A DNA stretch of 24,000 bases from Pseudogulbenkiania sp. MAI-1 (GCF_000527175.1 NZ_AZUR01000001.1:2408913-2432912), one strand, 5' to 3'; counted from the stretch's first letter, positions 1 through 10,731 are shown. Translations and numbers: made by a program. The notes: a model not told the origin generated them from the letters alone.

Positions 1-858
1 GTGGTCCACATCGAAGTTGAAGCCACGACGCTCGTTACCGTCCACGAGACCACCCGAAAAACCGTTGCCTTCGGACCGGAACGCCAGGCGGCTAAGGTCC
101 TTCACGTACGGCAAATGCTCGATGGGCTCTCCACACGTGAAGTAATGTTCGAAGCGGCGCATCGGGACAATGGGCAGTTCCATGCCGAACATCTTCGCGA
201 TCAGGCCGGACCATGCGCCACCACAGTTGACGAACGCTTCGGCATCAAGCCGCATACCACTCTCCAGGATGACGCTCTTTGCGCGGCTGGCCGTGACTTC
301 TGCATCGACGACCTTATCCTTGAGATAGACAGCGCCCAGTTCGATCGCCTTGCGACGGAATCCCCAGAGCAAGCCATTCGGATCGCACCAACCATCCTCG
401 GGTGTATGCGCACCGGCTCCCAGGTCCTCGACGTTGATCGAAGGGAAACGTTCTTTCAGTTCGCTCGGCGTCAGCAAATCGACATGACAACCATGCGCAC
501 GCTGGATGGCGACATTGCTTTCCAGCATCGAAACCTTCTCCGGCGGAACCAGGAAGAGGTAGCCACCTTGCACCCAATCGACCGGCGCAGGGCGGCCGTT
601 TGCGGTCATGGTCTGCTCGAAATTTTTGATGAAATCGATACTGTAAAGCGACATCTCAATGTTCTCCGGGCAGGAGAACTGGACTCGACAGCCGCCTGAG
701 GAACGAAGAGCCGAGGCAAATTCATAGGTCGGGTCAGGCTCGACAACGCACACACGCGTCTCGGGAGCCTGCACCAGAATGTTGTAGGCCACGCTAGAGC
801 CAAGAATCCCACCGCCGATAACAACAACATCGTAGTTTTGAGTTTGCGAATTTGTCAT
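1..858 (-). CDS. FAD-dependent oxidoreductase (DAO / glycine-D-amino-acid oxidase superfamily), N-terminal 286 codons; runs off the left edge
   Basis: Absent from the supplied ORF track because it has no stop in the window. My reverse-complement translation from the ATG at 858-856 reads MTNSQTQNYDVVVIGGGILGSSVAYNILVQAPETRVCVVEPD... and stays open to position 1, exactly in frame. DVVVIGGGxxGxSxAY is the N-terminal Rossmann FAD-binding fingerprint. The + ORF 1..699 is its antisense shadow. Confidence 0.8.
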   Translation of the reverse strand, partial: MTNSQTQNYDVVVIGGGILGSSVAYNILVQAPETRVCVVEPDPTYEFASALRSSGGCRVQFSCPENIEMSLYSIDFIKNFEQTMTANGRPAPVDWVQGGYLFLVPPEKVSMLESNVAIQRAHGCHVDLLTPSELKERFPSINVEDLGAGAHTPEDGWCDPNGLLWGFRRKAIELGAVYLKDKVVDAEVTASRAKSVILESGMRLDAEAFVNCGGAWSGLIAKMFGMELPIVPMRRFEHYFTCGEPIEHLPYVKDLSRLAFRSEGNGFSGGLVDGNERRGFNFDVDH

Positions 859-1255
859 AGCTAATACCCCAGATGAATATTCGAAGAGTTCCTTCGTTAA
901 CAGGTTCCCTGTAACGGGCTTGAGGAAATCCCAGCCTGAACCGAACGAGAGGATATTCATGGATTACCGCCCCTTCGATGTCGTCACAAGCATGGCCCCA
1001 CAATCGGATTTTAGTATACGATTTTTCAACAAAGAATACCACACACAACAACTATAGCCGAAGCCTTCCTAAGATCTGCGGCCTCCAGCTGTTGGCACGA
1101 GCTGATGCATTTCCGTGATGGGCTAATGATCAGCGAGATACCGCAACGTGCCGGTACGTACCGAACATCACCAAGAATGGTGACGAGAACAGGAAATTGT
1201 TCCCGCAATGCCAAGATGATGCTGTTGACCATGTGTACTACACGCTCAGCATCCT

Positions 1256-1291
1256 AAAAAAAACCCCGGAATGCTGACCTGCACCCCGGGG
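1256..1291 (-). terminator. Rho-independent terminator downstream of the liv-type operon
   Basis: On the minus strand, CCCCGG (1291-1286) and CCGGGG (1269-1264) form a GC stem followed directly by a T8 run (plus-strand A8 at 1256-1263). It lies 34 nt after the livF-like stop. Confidence 0.6.
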
Positions 1292-1324
1292 CAAACAGAG
1301 GAACCTCCCGACCAATTTCCTTAC

Positions 1325-2034
1325 TTACCCACCCAAATAAGCATTCCTCACCCGCTCGTCGTTCAGCAGATCACGCGCCGGGCCGCTCATCGTGATGCGC
1401 CCGCTCTCCATCACGTAGCCGCGCTGGCTGATCTCCAGCGCCAGCTTGGCGTTCTGCTCCACCAGCAGCATCGTCACGCCCTGCGCCGAGATCATCTGGA
1501 TGATCTCGAAGATCTTCTGCACGATGATCGGCGCCAGGCCCATCGACGGTTCGTCCAGCAGCAGCAGCTTCGGCTTGGACAGGATCGCCCGGCCCATCGC
1601 CACCATCTGCTGTTCGCCGCCCGACAGCGTGCCGGCCAGCTGCTTGAAGCGTTCCTTCAGGCGCGGGAACAGCTCGTAGACGTGTTCCAGCTCGTTCTGG
1701 ATCGCCGCCTTGTCGTCGCGGTAGAACGCACCCATCAGCAGGTTTTCTTCGACCGTCAGCTTGGCGAAGATGCCGCGCCCTTCCGGCACCATGGCCAGGC
1801 CGTGGCGCACGAAGTTGTGCGCCGGGATGTGGGCGGTTTCCTTGCCGTCGTAGACGATGCTGCCGCCGGACTTCTTCTCCATGCCGACCAGGGTGCGCAG
1901 CGTCGAGGTCTTGCCGGCGCCGTTGGCGCCGATCAGCGTGACCAGTTCGCCTTGTTCGATGTGCAGGTCGATGCCTTTCACGGCATGGATGCCGCCGTAC
2001 GACACTTGCAGGTTTTTGACTTCCAACAGTCGAC

Positions 2035-2038
<4 letters not shown>
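1325..2038 (-). CDS. livF: Branched-chain amino acid (HAAT family) ABC transporter ATP-binding protein, LivF-like
   Basis: 237-aa ORF. Walker A GANGAGKTS, ABC signature LSGGEQQM, Walker B LLLLDEPS. Its ATG overlaps the upstream livG-like stop (ATGA). Confidence 0.9.
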
Positions 2039-2805
<767 letters not shown>

Positions 2806-2808
2806 GGC

Positions 2809-3894
2809 TTAACCTTTCTTGGCGTCGTCGAATTCGGCCTTGCGGCGCTTGGAGGGCCACATGCCTTCCGGACGCAGCAGCATCATCACCACCAGGGCGA
2901 GGCCGAACAGCAGCATGCGGGCATTCTCGGGGTCGATCAGCATGCGGCCGAAGGTTTTCATTTGCAGCGGGCCGATGACGTCGCGCAGGATTTCCGGCGC
3001 CACGGTGAGCACCACCGCACCCAGGATCACGCCCGGGATGTGGCCCATGCCGCCCAGCACGATCATCGCCAGGATCATCACCGATTCGAGCAGGCCGAAC
3101 GATTCCGGCGAGATGAAGCCCTGGAACGAGGCGAACAGGCCGCCGGCGACGCCGCCGGACAGCGCGCCCAGCGCGAAGGCGAGCAGCTTGATGTTGCGGA
3201 TGTTGAGGCCCATCGCGGCGGCGGCGATCGAGTCTTCGCGCATCGCGACCCAGGCGCGGCCGATGCGGGAGTGCTGCAGGCGCCAGGCCATGATCACCAC
3301 CAGCACGGTGAGCGCCAGGAAGAAGTAGTAGTAGAGGTAGACGCTGTTGAAGGTGTGGCCGGCGATCTCCAGCGGCTTGCCGAACGACAGCCCGGCGACC
3401 TTGACCGGGTCGATCAGGTTGATGCCTTGCGGGCCGTTGGTGATGTTGACCGGCGCGTTCAGGTTGTTCATGAAGATGCGCACGATCTCGCCGAAGCCCA
3501 GCGTCACGATCGCCAGGTAGTCGCCCTTCAGCCGCAGCACCGGGGTGCCGAGCAGCACGCCGAAGAACGCCGCCACCAGCGCCCCCAAGGGGATGGTGAT
3601 GTAGAACGGCAGGTGGATGTCGAAGTGCGGCGAGCCCAGCAGCGCGAAGGTGTAGGCGCCGACGGCGTAGAAGGCGATGAAGCCCAGGTCCAGCAGGCCG
3701 GCGAAGCCGACCACGATGTTGAGGCCCAGCGCCAGCATCACGTAGAGCAGCGCGAAGTCGACGATGCGCAGCCAGGAGTTGCCCAGCAGGCCGCCGATGA
3801 GGAAGGGCAGCACCGCGAGGGCGACGGCGGAGGCGAGGAACAGGCCGACTTTCTTGGGGCTGGCTTGCTTGTTCATTTCGAGTGCCATGGTCAT
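2809..3894 (-). CDS. livM: HAAT-family ABC transporter permease, LivM-like
   Basis: Polytopic hydrophobic ORF with a LivM-like core (NIVVGFAGLLDLGFIAFYAVGAYT). I moved the start to the ATG at 3894 (MTMALEMNKQ...) because GAAGGAGA lies 9 nt upstream. The track start at 3921 would overlap the livH-like stop. Confidence 0.85.
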   Translation of the reverse strand: MTMALEMNKQASPKKVGLFLASAVALAVLPFLIGGLLGNSWLRIVDFALLYVMLALGLNIVVGFAGLLDLGFIAFYAVGAYTFALLGSPHFDIHLPFYITIPLGALVAAFFGVLLGTPVLRLKGDYLAIVTLGFGEIVRIFMNNLNAPVNITNGPQGINLIDPVKVAGLSFGKPLEIAGHTFNSVYLYYYFFLALTVLVVIMAWRLQHSRIGRAWVAMREDSIAAAAMGLNIRNIKLLAFALGALSGGVAGGLFASFQGFISPESFGLLESVMILAMIVLGGMGHIPGVILGAVVLTVAPEILRDVIGPLQMKTFGRMLIDPENARMLLFGLALVVMMLLRPEGMWPSKRRKAEFDDAKKG

Positions 3895-3913
3895 GGTGGT
3901 TGTTCTCCTTCGC

Positions 3914-4843
3914 TCAGGCACGGTCGGCCATTTTTTCGCCCAACAGGCCGGACGGACGGAAGATCAGCACCAGGATCAGCACCATGAAGGCGAAGATGTC
4001 CTGGTAGTGGCTGCCGAGGAAGCCGCCGGTCAGGGTGCCGATGTAGCCGGCGCCGAGGCTTTCGATGATGCCGAGCAGGATGCCGCCGGCCACTGCGCCG
4101 CCGAGGTTGCCGATGCCGCCCAGTACCGCCGCGGTAAAGGCCTTCAGGCCGATCAGGAAGCCCATGTAGTAGTGGGCCTGGTCGTAGTTGGTGGCGACCA
4201 TGACGCCGGCGATGGCGCCCAGCGCGGAGCCCAGCATGAAGGTGGTGGAGATGATGGTGTTGACGTTGACGCCCATCAGCGAGGCCACGCCCGGGTTCTG
4301 GCTGGTGGCGCGCATGGCGCGGCCGAGCTTGGTCTTCTCGACCATGATCAACAGGCCGGCCATGATGGCCAGGCACAGCACGATGATGATCAGCTGCAGC
4401 TCGGTGATGCTGGCACCGAACAGTTCGATGGTGTCATGGCTCAGGATGGACGGGAACGGGATGTAGTTGCGGCCCCAGATCAGGATGGCGACCTGCTGCA
4501 GCACGATGGACAGGCCGATGGCGGTGATCAGCGGCGCCAGACGCGGGGCGTTGCGCAGCGGCCGGTAGGCGACGCGCTCGATGGTGAAGCCGAGCAGCGC
4601 GCAGGCCGGGATGGCGATCAAGAGACCGATCAGCACCAGGGCCGGTCCGGGCAGGCCGAGGCCGGCGCCCATCAGGGAGGTGACGACGGTGATGGTGACC
4701 ATAGCCCCCATCATGACGACTTCGCCATGGGCGAAGTTGATCAGCCCCATGATCCCGTACACCATGGTGTAGCCCAGCGCGATCAGCGCGTAGATGCTAC
4801 CCAGGACGAGTCCGTTGAGGATCTGTTGAATAAAAATGTTCAC
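3914..4843 (-). CDS. livH: HAAT-family ABC transporter permease, LivH-like
   Basis: The N-terminus NIFIQQILNGLVLGSIYALIALGYTMVYG is the typical LivH start. I place the start at the GTG at 4843 (309 aa) rather than the track start at 4903, whose extra 20 aa are not LivH-like. Confidence 0.85.
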   Translation of the reverse strand: MNIFIQQILNGLVLGSIYALIALGYTMVYGIMGLINFAHGEVVMMGAMVTITVVTSLMGAGLGLPGPALVLIGLLIAIPACALLGFTIERVAYRPLRNAPRLAPLITAIGLSIVLQQVAILIWGRNYIPFPSILSHDTIELFGASITELQLIIIVLCLAIMAGLLIMVEKTKLGRAMRATSQNPGVASLMGVNVNTIISTTFMLGSALGAIAGVMVATNYDQAHYYMGFLIGLKAFTAAVLGGIGNLGGAVAGGILLGIIESLGAGYIGTLTGGFLGSHYQDIFAFMVLILVLIFRPSGLLGEKMADRA

Positions 4844-4954
4844 GGTGGGAGTTCTCTTTACGACGAGAGCAAAGCCTTGAAGTTGGCAGACTATGCGGGC
4901 CAAGCATCAAGCAAGGACATGATTTAAGACATCAGCAAATAATGTTGCAGGTCA

Positions 4955-4981
4955 GGGGGCATTGCTCTAATGCTGCCCCCC
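4955..4981 (-). terminator. Hairpin between putA stop and livH start (candidate putA terminator or attenuator)
   Basis: GGGGGCA (4955-4961) pairs with TGCCCCC (4974-4980). On the minus strand it sits 13 nt after the putA stop and is followed by only a weak T-containing tract (ttattt), so termination may be partial. Confidence 0.4.
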
Positions 4982-4993
4982 AAGCAAGCCCGA

Positions 4994-7900
4994 TCAGCCT
5001 CCCATACTCATCAGGCTGGCATTTCCTCCCGCGGCCGTGGTATTTACGCTAACGGCACGTTCCACCACCAACCGGTGCAGATTGATGTCGTCCGAGTCGG
5101 CCGCCAGCAGCTGGATCAGCGCCCCGTCGCGCGCGGCCAGACGGCGCTGCAGCTGATCCGCTGCATCCGCCTTGCCGGCAAACAGCACGCCAGCGACATC
5201 GGCTTCCACTACATCACGGCTCAGCTCGACGTAACCATTCAGCTTCCCGGCCAGCTTGCGCGTGCTCTCACTCTCCTCCAGCACCGCGCGGTTGCCGGTG
5301 GCGAACACCGCGATCAACTGCCGCAGCAGGCCTTCGGTCGACGACGCCACGCAGCCGATCTTGCCACGCGGCGCAAACAGCAGCGAGTTGTTCTCGCCGG
5401 TCGGCCCCGGCAGCTCCACCCCATGCGCCAGTGGCGTGTGCCGGCTCGCCTCGCCCAGTGCCTGACGCAGGCGAGACTGGGTCGACGCATCCAACCCGAA
5501 TCCACCCAGCTCGGCGTCGAGCTTCTGCAGCGCCGGCAATTTGGCCGACTGCGGGGTCAGCTTCAGCGCCGGCTGCCACTTGGCGCGGGTCAGGCGGTAC
5601 AGGTAGAACGGACCGCCGGCCTTAGGTCCGGTGCCGGACTTGCCCTCGCCGCCGAACGGCTGCACCCCGACCACGGCGCCGACGATGTTGCGGTTGACGT
5701 AGACGTTGCCCACCTTGATGCGCGACACGATGCGCTCGATGGTCTCGTCGATACGGCTGTGGATGCCGTGGGTCAGGCCATAGCCGGTGCTATTGATCTC
5801 GTCCACCACGCGGTCGATGTCGGATGCCTCGAAACGCAGCACGTGCAGCACCGGGCCGAACACCTCGCGGGTCAGATCCTTCAGGCTGTCGATCTCGAAC
5901 ATGGTCGGCGGCACGAAGGTGCCCTGGCCGGCGTTTTCGGGCAGCTTGGCCTGATAGGTCCAGCGCGCCCGCGCCTTCATCTTGTCGATATGCGCCAGCA
6001 GATTCTGCTGCGCCTCGGCGTCGATCACCGGTCCGACGTCGGTGGTGAGCTGAGCCGGATTGCCCACGGTCAGCTCATCCATCGCCCCCTTGATCATGCG
6101 GATCACCTTGTCGGCGATGTCGCTCTGCAGGTAGAGCACGCGCAGCGCCGAGCAGCGCTGGCCGGCCGAATCGAAGGCCGAGGACAGCACATCGGCCACC
6201 ACCTGTTCCGGCAGCGCCGAGCTGTCGACGATCATCGCGTTCTGGCCACCGGTCTCCGCCACCAGCGGCACCTCGCCACCGCGCTGCGCCAGCGTACGGT
6301 GGATGATCTGCGCCACTTCGGTCGATCCGGTGAAGATCACGCCCTGGATACGCGGATCGCGCGTCAGCGCGGCGCCGACCACTTCGCCGCGGCCCGGCAG
6401 CAATTGCAGCACGTCGCGCGGCACACCGGCCTCGTGGAACAGGCGCACGGCAAAAGCGGCAATCAGGCTGGTCTGCTCGGCCGGCTTGGCCAGTACCGGG
6501 TTACCGGCGGCCAGGGAGGCACTCACCTCGCCGGTGAAGATCGCCAGCGGGAAGTTCCACGGGCTGATGCACACCACCGGCCCCAGCGGCGCATGGCTGG
6601 CATTGTCAAACTCGGCACGGATCTGCGCGGCGTAATAGCGGCAGAAATCGACCGCCTCGCGCACTTCGGCGATAGCGTTGGTCAAGGTCTTGCCGGCCTC
6701 GCGCACCGCCAGGCCCATCAGCGCCGGCATATTGTCTTCCATCAGCGTCGCCATGCGCTCGAGGCAGGCGGCGCGCTCGGCCACCGGCGTTTCAGCCCAG
6801 CGTGCCGCGGCGCTTTCCGCCAGATCCAGCGCACGCGCCACATCGGCCTCGGTCGCTTCATACACCTGACCGACGATATCGTTGCGGTCGGCCGGATTGC
6901 GCACTGGCTGCGGTTCGGCCGTGGTCACCTCGCCGTCGCCCAGCAGCGGGCAGGTCTGCCAGTACTGCTTTTCAGATTCCATCAGCCCCAGTTGCAGGGT
7001 CGCGAGCACCTGCTCGTTGGACAGGTCCAGGCCACGCGAATTGGCGCGCTCGGCACCGTACAGCTCCAGCGGCAGCGGAATCTTGGCGTGCGGCTGGCCG
7101 CCGTGACGCGCGGCCTCCGCCACCGGATCCTGCACCAGTTCGTCGATCGACACCGATTCATCGACGATACGGTTGACGAAGGACGAGTTGGCGCCGTTCT
7201 CCAGCAGACGGCGCACCAGGTAGGCCAGCAGCGTTTCGTGCGAGCCGACCGGTGCGTAGATACGGCAGGCCCGGCCCAGGTTGGCCGAACCGACCACCTG
7301 GTCGTACAAGGTCTCGCCCATGCCGTGCAGGCACTGGAACTCGTAATCCTTGTCGCCGGCCAGCGTGTGAATGGCCGACAGGCTGTAAGCATTGTGCGTG
7401 GCGAACTGCGGATAGATCGCGTCCTGGGCCGACAGCAGCTTCTTGGCGCATGCCAGGTAGGACACGTCGGTGTACACCTTGCGCGTGTACACCGGGTAGC
7501 CCGGCAAGCCATCCACCTGGGCACGCTTGATCTCGGCGTCCCAGTAGGCACCCTTCACCAGACGCACCATGAAACGATGCTTGGTGCGGCGCGCCAGATC
7601 GATCAGGAAGTCGATCACGTAAGGACAGCGCTTCTGGTAGGCCTGTACCACGATGCCGATACCTTCGAAACCAGCCAGGTCCGGATCGTTGGCCAAGGCC
7701 TCGACCAGGTCCATCGAGATTTCCAGGCGGTCAGCCTCCTCGGCATCGATGTTCAAACCGATATTGTATTCTTTGGCCAGCAGGAACAGCTGCTTCAGGC
7801 GCGGCAGCAGCTCGCCCATCATGCGCTCATGCTTGGCACGGGCGTAGCGCGGATGGATGGCGGACAGCTTCACCGAGATGCCCGGCCCCTGGTAGACGCC

Positions 7901-8611
7901 ACGGCCGTTGGACGCCTTGCCGATGGCGTGGATCGCCATCACGTAGTCGTCGAAGTAGCGCTGCGCGTCCTCCTCGGTCATCGCCGCCTCGCCCAGCATG
8001 TCGTAGCTGAAACGGTAGCCGCGCGACTCGCGCTCGACGCCGTTGTCCAGCGCCTCGCCGATGGTCTCACCGGTCACGAACTGCTTGCCCAGCATGCGCA
8101 TCGCCATGTCCACGCCCTTGCGGATCAGCGGCTCGCCGCCCTTGGCGATCAGTTTGGTCATCGCCGCCGACAGGCCCTTGGCGCTGTGCGAAGCCACCAG
8201 CTTGCCGGTCACCAGCAAACCCCAGGCCGCGGCGTTGACGAACAGCGAAGAACTGTTGCCGAGGTGCGCACTCCAGTCCCCTTTGCTGATCTTGTCGCGA
8301 ATCAGGCGATCGGCCGTCTCGCGATCGGGAATGCGCAGCAGCGCCTCTGCCAGGCACATCAGGGCGATCCCCTCCTGGCTCGACAGCGAGAATTCGTGCA
8401 TCAAGGCATCCACCCCACTAGCCCGGGTCCGCTCCTTGCGAACGCGCGACACCAGACGACGCGCCAAATCCTGAGCGGTACGTACCTCCGCCTCGCTCAT
8501 CGCCGCCTGCGGCAGCAAGGCTTGGACACACTCCCGTTCATCGCGGCGGTAGACTGCCGTTATCGCATCCCTGAGTGGCGACTGGGTATGGGCAAACACC
8601 TCGAATTGCAT
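4994..8611 (-). CDS. putA: Bifunctional proline dehydrogenase / L-glutamate-gamma-semialdehyde (P5C) dehydrogenase PutA, form lacking the N-terminal ribbon-helix-helix domain
   Basis: 1205-aa ORF. The N-terminal arm and PRODH region read SPLRDAITAVYRRDE...EFSLSSQEGIALMCLAEALLRIPD. The C-terminal ALDH region has FTGSTEVA, ETGGQNAMIVD and the catalytic-Cys motif GQRCSALRVL. AGGAG lies 6 nt before the ATG. Confidence 0.95.
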   Translation of the reverse strand: MQFEVFAHTQSPLRDAITAVYRRDERECVQALLPQAAMSEAEVRTAQDLARRLVSRVRKERTRASGVDALMHEFSLSSQEGIALMCLAEALLRIPDRETADRLIRDKISKGDWSAHLGNSSSLFVNAAAWGLLVTGKLVASHSAKGLSAAMTKLIAKGGEPLIRKGVDMAMRMLGKQFVTGETIGEALDNGVERESRGYRFSYDMLGEAAMTEEDAQRYFDDYVMAIHAIGKASNGRGVYQGPGISVKLSAIHPRYARAKHERMMGELLPRLKQLFLLAKEYNIGLNIDAEEADRLEISMDLVEALANDPDLAGFEGIGIVVQAYQKRCPYVIDFLIDLARRTKHRFMVRLVKGAYWDAEIKRAQVDGLPGYPVYTRKVYTDVSYLACAKKLLSAQDAIYPQFATHNAYSLSAIHTLAGDKDYEFQCLHGMGETLYDQVVGSANLGRACRIYAPVGSHETLLAYLVRRLLENGANSSFVNRIVDESVSIDELVQDPVAEAARHGGQPHAKIPLPLELYGAERANSRGLDLSNEQVLATLQLGLMESEKQYWQTCPLLGDGEVTTAEPQPVRNPADRNDIVGQVYEATEADVARALDLAESAAARWAETPVAERAACLERMATLMEDNMPALMGLAVREAGKTLTNAIAEVREAVDFCRYYAAQIRAEFDNASHAPLGPVVCISPWNFPLAIFTGEVSASLAAGNPVLAKPAEQTSLIAAFAVRLFHEAGVPRDVLQLLPGRGEVVGAALTRDPRIQGVIFTGSTEVAQIIHRTLAQRGGEVPLVAETGGQNAMIVDSSALPEQVVADVLSSAFDSAGQRCSALRVLYLQSDIADKVIRMIKGAMDELTVGNPAQLTTDVGPVIDAEAQQNLLAHIDKMKARARWTYQAKLPENAGQGTFVPPTMFEIDSLKDLTREVFGPVLHVLRFEASDIDRVVDEINSTGYGLTHGIHSRIDETIERIVSRIKVGNVYVNRNIVGAVVGVQPFGGEGKSGTGPKAGGPFYLYRLTRAKWQPALKLTPQSAKLPALQKLDAELGGFGLDASTQSRLRQALGEASRHTPLAHGVELPGPTGENNSLLFAPRGKIGCVASSTEGLLRQLIAVFATGNRAVLEESESTRKLAGKLNGYVELSRDVVEADVAGVLFAGKADAADQLQRRLAARDGALIQLLAADSDDINLHRLVVERAVSVNTTAAGGNASLMSMGG

Positions 8612-8720
8612 CTTGAGCTCCTGCGCTATTAATCTGCTTTGTTCGACAAATTCTACTTGCCAATAGTATACGAATTTTTCTATGCGTATAAGAAAATTAA
8701 GCAGAATCGTAACGAATGAC
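8612..8720 (-). promoter_or_regulatory. AT-rich putA 5' control region (candidate promoter/operator)
   Basis: Markedly AT-rich compared with its flanks. TATACT (-10-like, minus strand, 8670-8665) has only a weak -35. Inverted repeat TATACG/CGTATA at 8667-8672 / 8685-8690, and an outer TCTGCTT/AAGCAGA repeat. Confidence 0.25.
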
Positions 8721-9174
8721 GCTACAGGAGTTAGTCAGCAGTAGGTAGATCTTCGCCTTATCGCCGACACGAAGCATCGCTTCCCAGTCTGTCCGCGCCA
8801 GAGCTCAACCTTGCACCCCGCCTTCAGCGGGCTTTCTCCCAGCTCGAAGCGGCCAGCGGCGCAAGATCATTGGGACAGACCATGGGCGCTGGTTACTATC
8901 TTGCGCATCCTCTTCGCAGCGAATACAGAGAGAAGCTAAGCCCATTTCTGCCATGGTTGCTTGCGGCGACCAAGACATCTTAGTTGTGAGTCGACAGCAG
9001 ATGTCTTGGGGCTGGAGCGCAGTCTAGCTGGTCCGTCTAAGAAAAACTGGCCATGGTGCAAGAGAGCCTCGAGCTAGGGCAAACGGCGCCAGGCATAGTT
9101 ACTGCGCCGGGAGCGGGAAGCGTTTCCATCAATTCACTCCCCGGGAGATAGCCAGGGACCAACCGCGCAGAGAA

Positions 9175-9618
9175 TCACTCGTGCAGGTCGGGATGTCGGG
9201 TCACCAGCAGCCAGACCGCATGCTGGATCACCTCCTCCGGCGTCTCGGCAAGAAAGCGGCAGCGCCGGAGAAAGGCGCTCAGGGTGACTCGCCCTTCTTC
9301 CGGGCATTCTGGGAACGCGACTTCGATACTGTCATGGCGGGGGACAGGGGGATATGACCGTATCTCGAAACCATAGGCGGCCGCCAGCGCCTTCAGACCG
9401 CGGAGGCCGGATGGCATAGCGGCGTGTCGGATCCGGTTGTCGGCGATCGGAAACAGTTTTCCATTATCGTCGCACAACCCCGCAAAATACTGGCAGATGG
9501 CCTGGTGCAAGGCGGCCTGCGGATCGAGCTCATGCTCGGCACAATAGGCCTGGAAGGTGGCTAACGAAACGGCAAGATGGCCGTCTTCACCGGGATAGTC
9601 AAAGCGAATACGTGGCAT
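9175..9618 (-). CDS. Hypothetical protein (147 aa), possibly an internal two-repeat architecture
   Basis: Clean ORF with GC-rich third positions. I recognise no family. Divergent from the HugZ-like gene. Confidence 0.55.
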   Translation of the reverse strand: MPRIRFDYPGEDGHLAVSLATFQAYCAEHELDPQAALHQAICQYFAGLCDDNGKLFPIADNRIRHAAMPSGLRGLKALAAAYGFEIRSYPPVPRHDSIEVAFPECPEEGRVTLSAFLRRCRFLAETPEEVIQHAVWLLVTRHPDLHE

Positions 9619-9820
9619 GGCTCACCTCTTTCCAGGACGCTGGACGGTATGGTGCGCGAGCCCTTCGCCCCGCTAGATTGGGCTCACGCCGAATGCTGCC
9701 CCATGAGCGATGCCGAATCTGTAGCAGGTTAGCAGGAAGGCCATCTCCATGCGTAAGCAAAGAGCACTAGCGTTCACCATGTGATCTTGAGAAAGCATAG
9801 CAGGGTCGCCATCTCCCTCA

Positions 9821-10516
9821 ATGGCAACCTCCCTCACCGAGCCCACTGCTTATTGGAATTCACGTATGCAAATCCCGATCGAGTCCGTTCTTACCCTGCT
9901 GCACGAGACCAGGTTCGGCACGTTGGCCACTCACTCGACTCAGCTACCGGGCTACCCTTACGCCACCGCGGTGCCGTATGTGATGGACGAAAACCATCGA
10001 CCGGTGATCTGTATCAGCGCCCTGGCGGAGCACACCAAGAATGTGCTCGCCGACCCGAGGGTGAGCTTCTCGGTAGTGCAAGCCGGGGCAACGGAGGTTC
10101 AGGCTGCCGCCCGGGTCACCCTCATCGCCGACGCGGAACGGCTCGAGGCTCTGCCAGAATGGCTGGCCCGCTTTCTCCGTTATGAGCCGGGTGTCGAACA
10201 GCTCCTGTCCCTTGACTTCCTGTTCTTCAGATTAATGCCCCAACGCGTCCGCTTCATTGCAGGTATCGGTCGCATGGGCTGGCTGGAGGAGCACGAGTGG
10301 AGCGCACTCTGCCCACTACCGGCGGCCGACGAGGTGAAACTGGTGCAAGTGCTGTCCCCTGCCGTGAGGGCCGGCGTTCGCGTGCTCGGGATCGACTGCT
10401 ACGGGATCGACTATGAATTCAATGGACACCGGCAACGGCAGCGGTTTCCGAATGGCACGTTGCCAGCGGAAACGGTGAGAAAAGCCGCGCGGAGCATGGC
10501 CCCGAATCTCGTGTGA
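9821..10516 (+). CDS. HugZ / pyridoxamine-5'-phosphate-oxidase-like FMN-binding split-barrel protein with a DUF2470-like C-terminal region
   Basis: FGTLATHS...GYPYATAVPYVMDENHRPVICISALAEHTKNVLADPRVSFSV matches the conserved N-terminal pattern of HugZ/PNPOx-related proteins. The start is uncertain (ATG 9821 or ATG 9866); neither has a good SD. Confidence 0.7.
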   Translation: MATSLTEPTAYWNSRMQIPIESVLTLLHETRFGTLATHSTQLPGYPYATAVPYVMDENHRPVICISALAEHTKNVLADPRVSFSVVQAGATEVQAAARVTLIADAERLEALPEWLARFLRYEPGVEQLLSLDFLFFRLMPQRVRFIAGIGRMGWLEEHEWSALCPLPAADEVKLVQVLSPAVRAGVRVLGIDCYGIDYEFNGHRQRQRFPNGTLPAETVRKAARSMAPNLV

Positions 10517-10703
10517 CGTGAGGGGTCTTGCCCGCTCTCCCGAGAGCTGGCCGAGCAGGGTGCGTCCTTCTGAGCTTTGCCTATGCACTGTGCGGACTAC
10601 CCTGCTCTACCCGCATCACAAGACCGGTCATTCCCGCCGCGCCATCACCGGGGAGTGAGACGGTTCTTCCCCGATTTTTGTCTCCCCTCACCGCCCCCGC
10701 CTC

Positions 10704-10731
10704 TTGAAATCGAAGTCTTCTGCGCTAGCCT
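10704..10731 (+). promoter_or_regulatory. Promoter-like motif P1: TTGAAA-N16-TAGCCT, within the shared 10-mer CTTGAAATCG
   Basis: TTGAAA at 10704-10709 and TAGCCT at 10726-10731, with a C-rich tract (CCCCGCC) just upstream. A near-identical arrangement recurs at 12206-12233. Confidence 0.35.

Noticed and set aside
1-699. 232-aa plus-strand ORF at the left edge
   Set aside because: The opposite strand encodes a protein with a clear FAD-binding GxGxxG N-terminus and stays open across the whole interval. The plus ORF is its shadow.
959-1057. 32-aa plus-strand ORF with a good SD (GAGAGGA) in the oxidoreductase/liv intergenic region
   Set aside because: Too short and unsupported by any motif. 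It is probably a coincidence within a promoter region.
4970-8632. 1220-aa ORF on the plus strand, the longest ORF in the window
   Set aside because: It lies exactly antisense to putA. Its product is R/A/G/Q/H-rich low-complexity sequence typical of the open antisense frame of a GC-rich gene, whereas the minus-strand product carries unmistakable PutA motifs.
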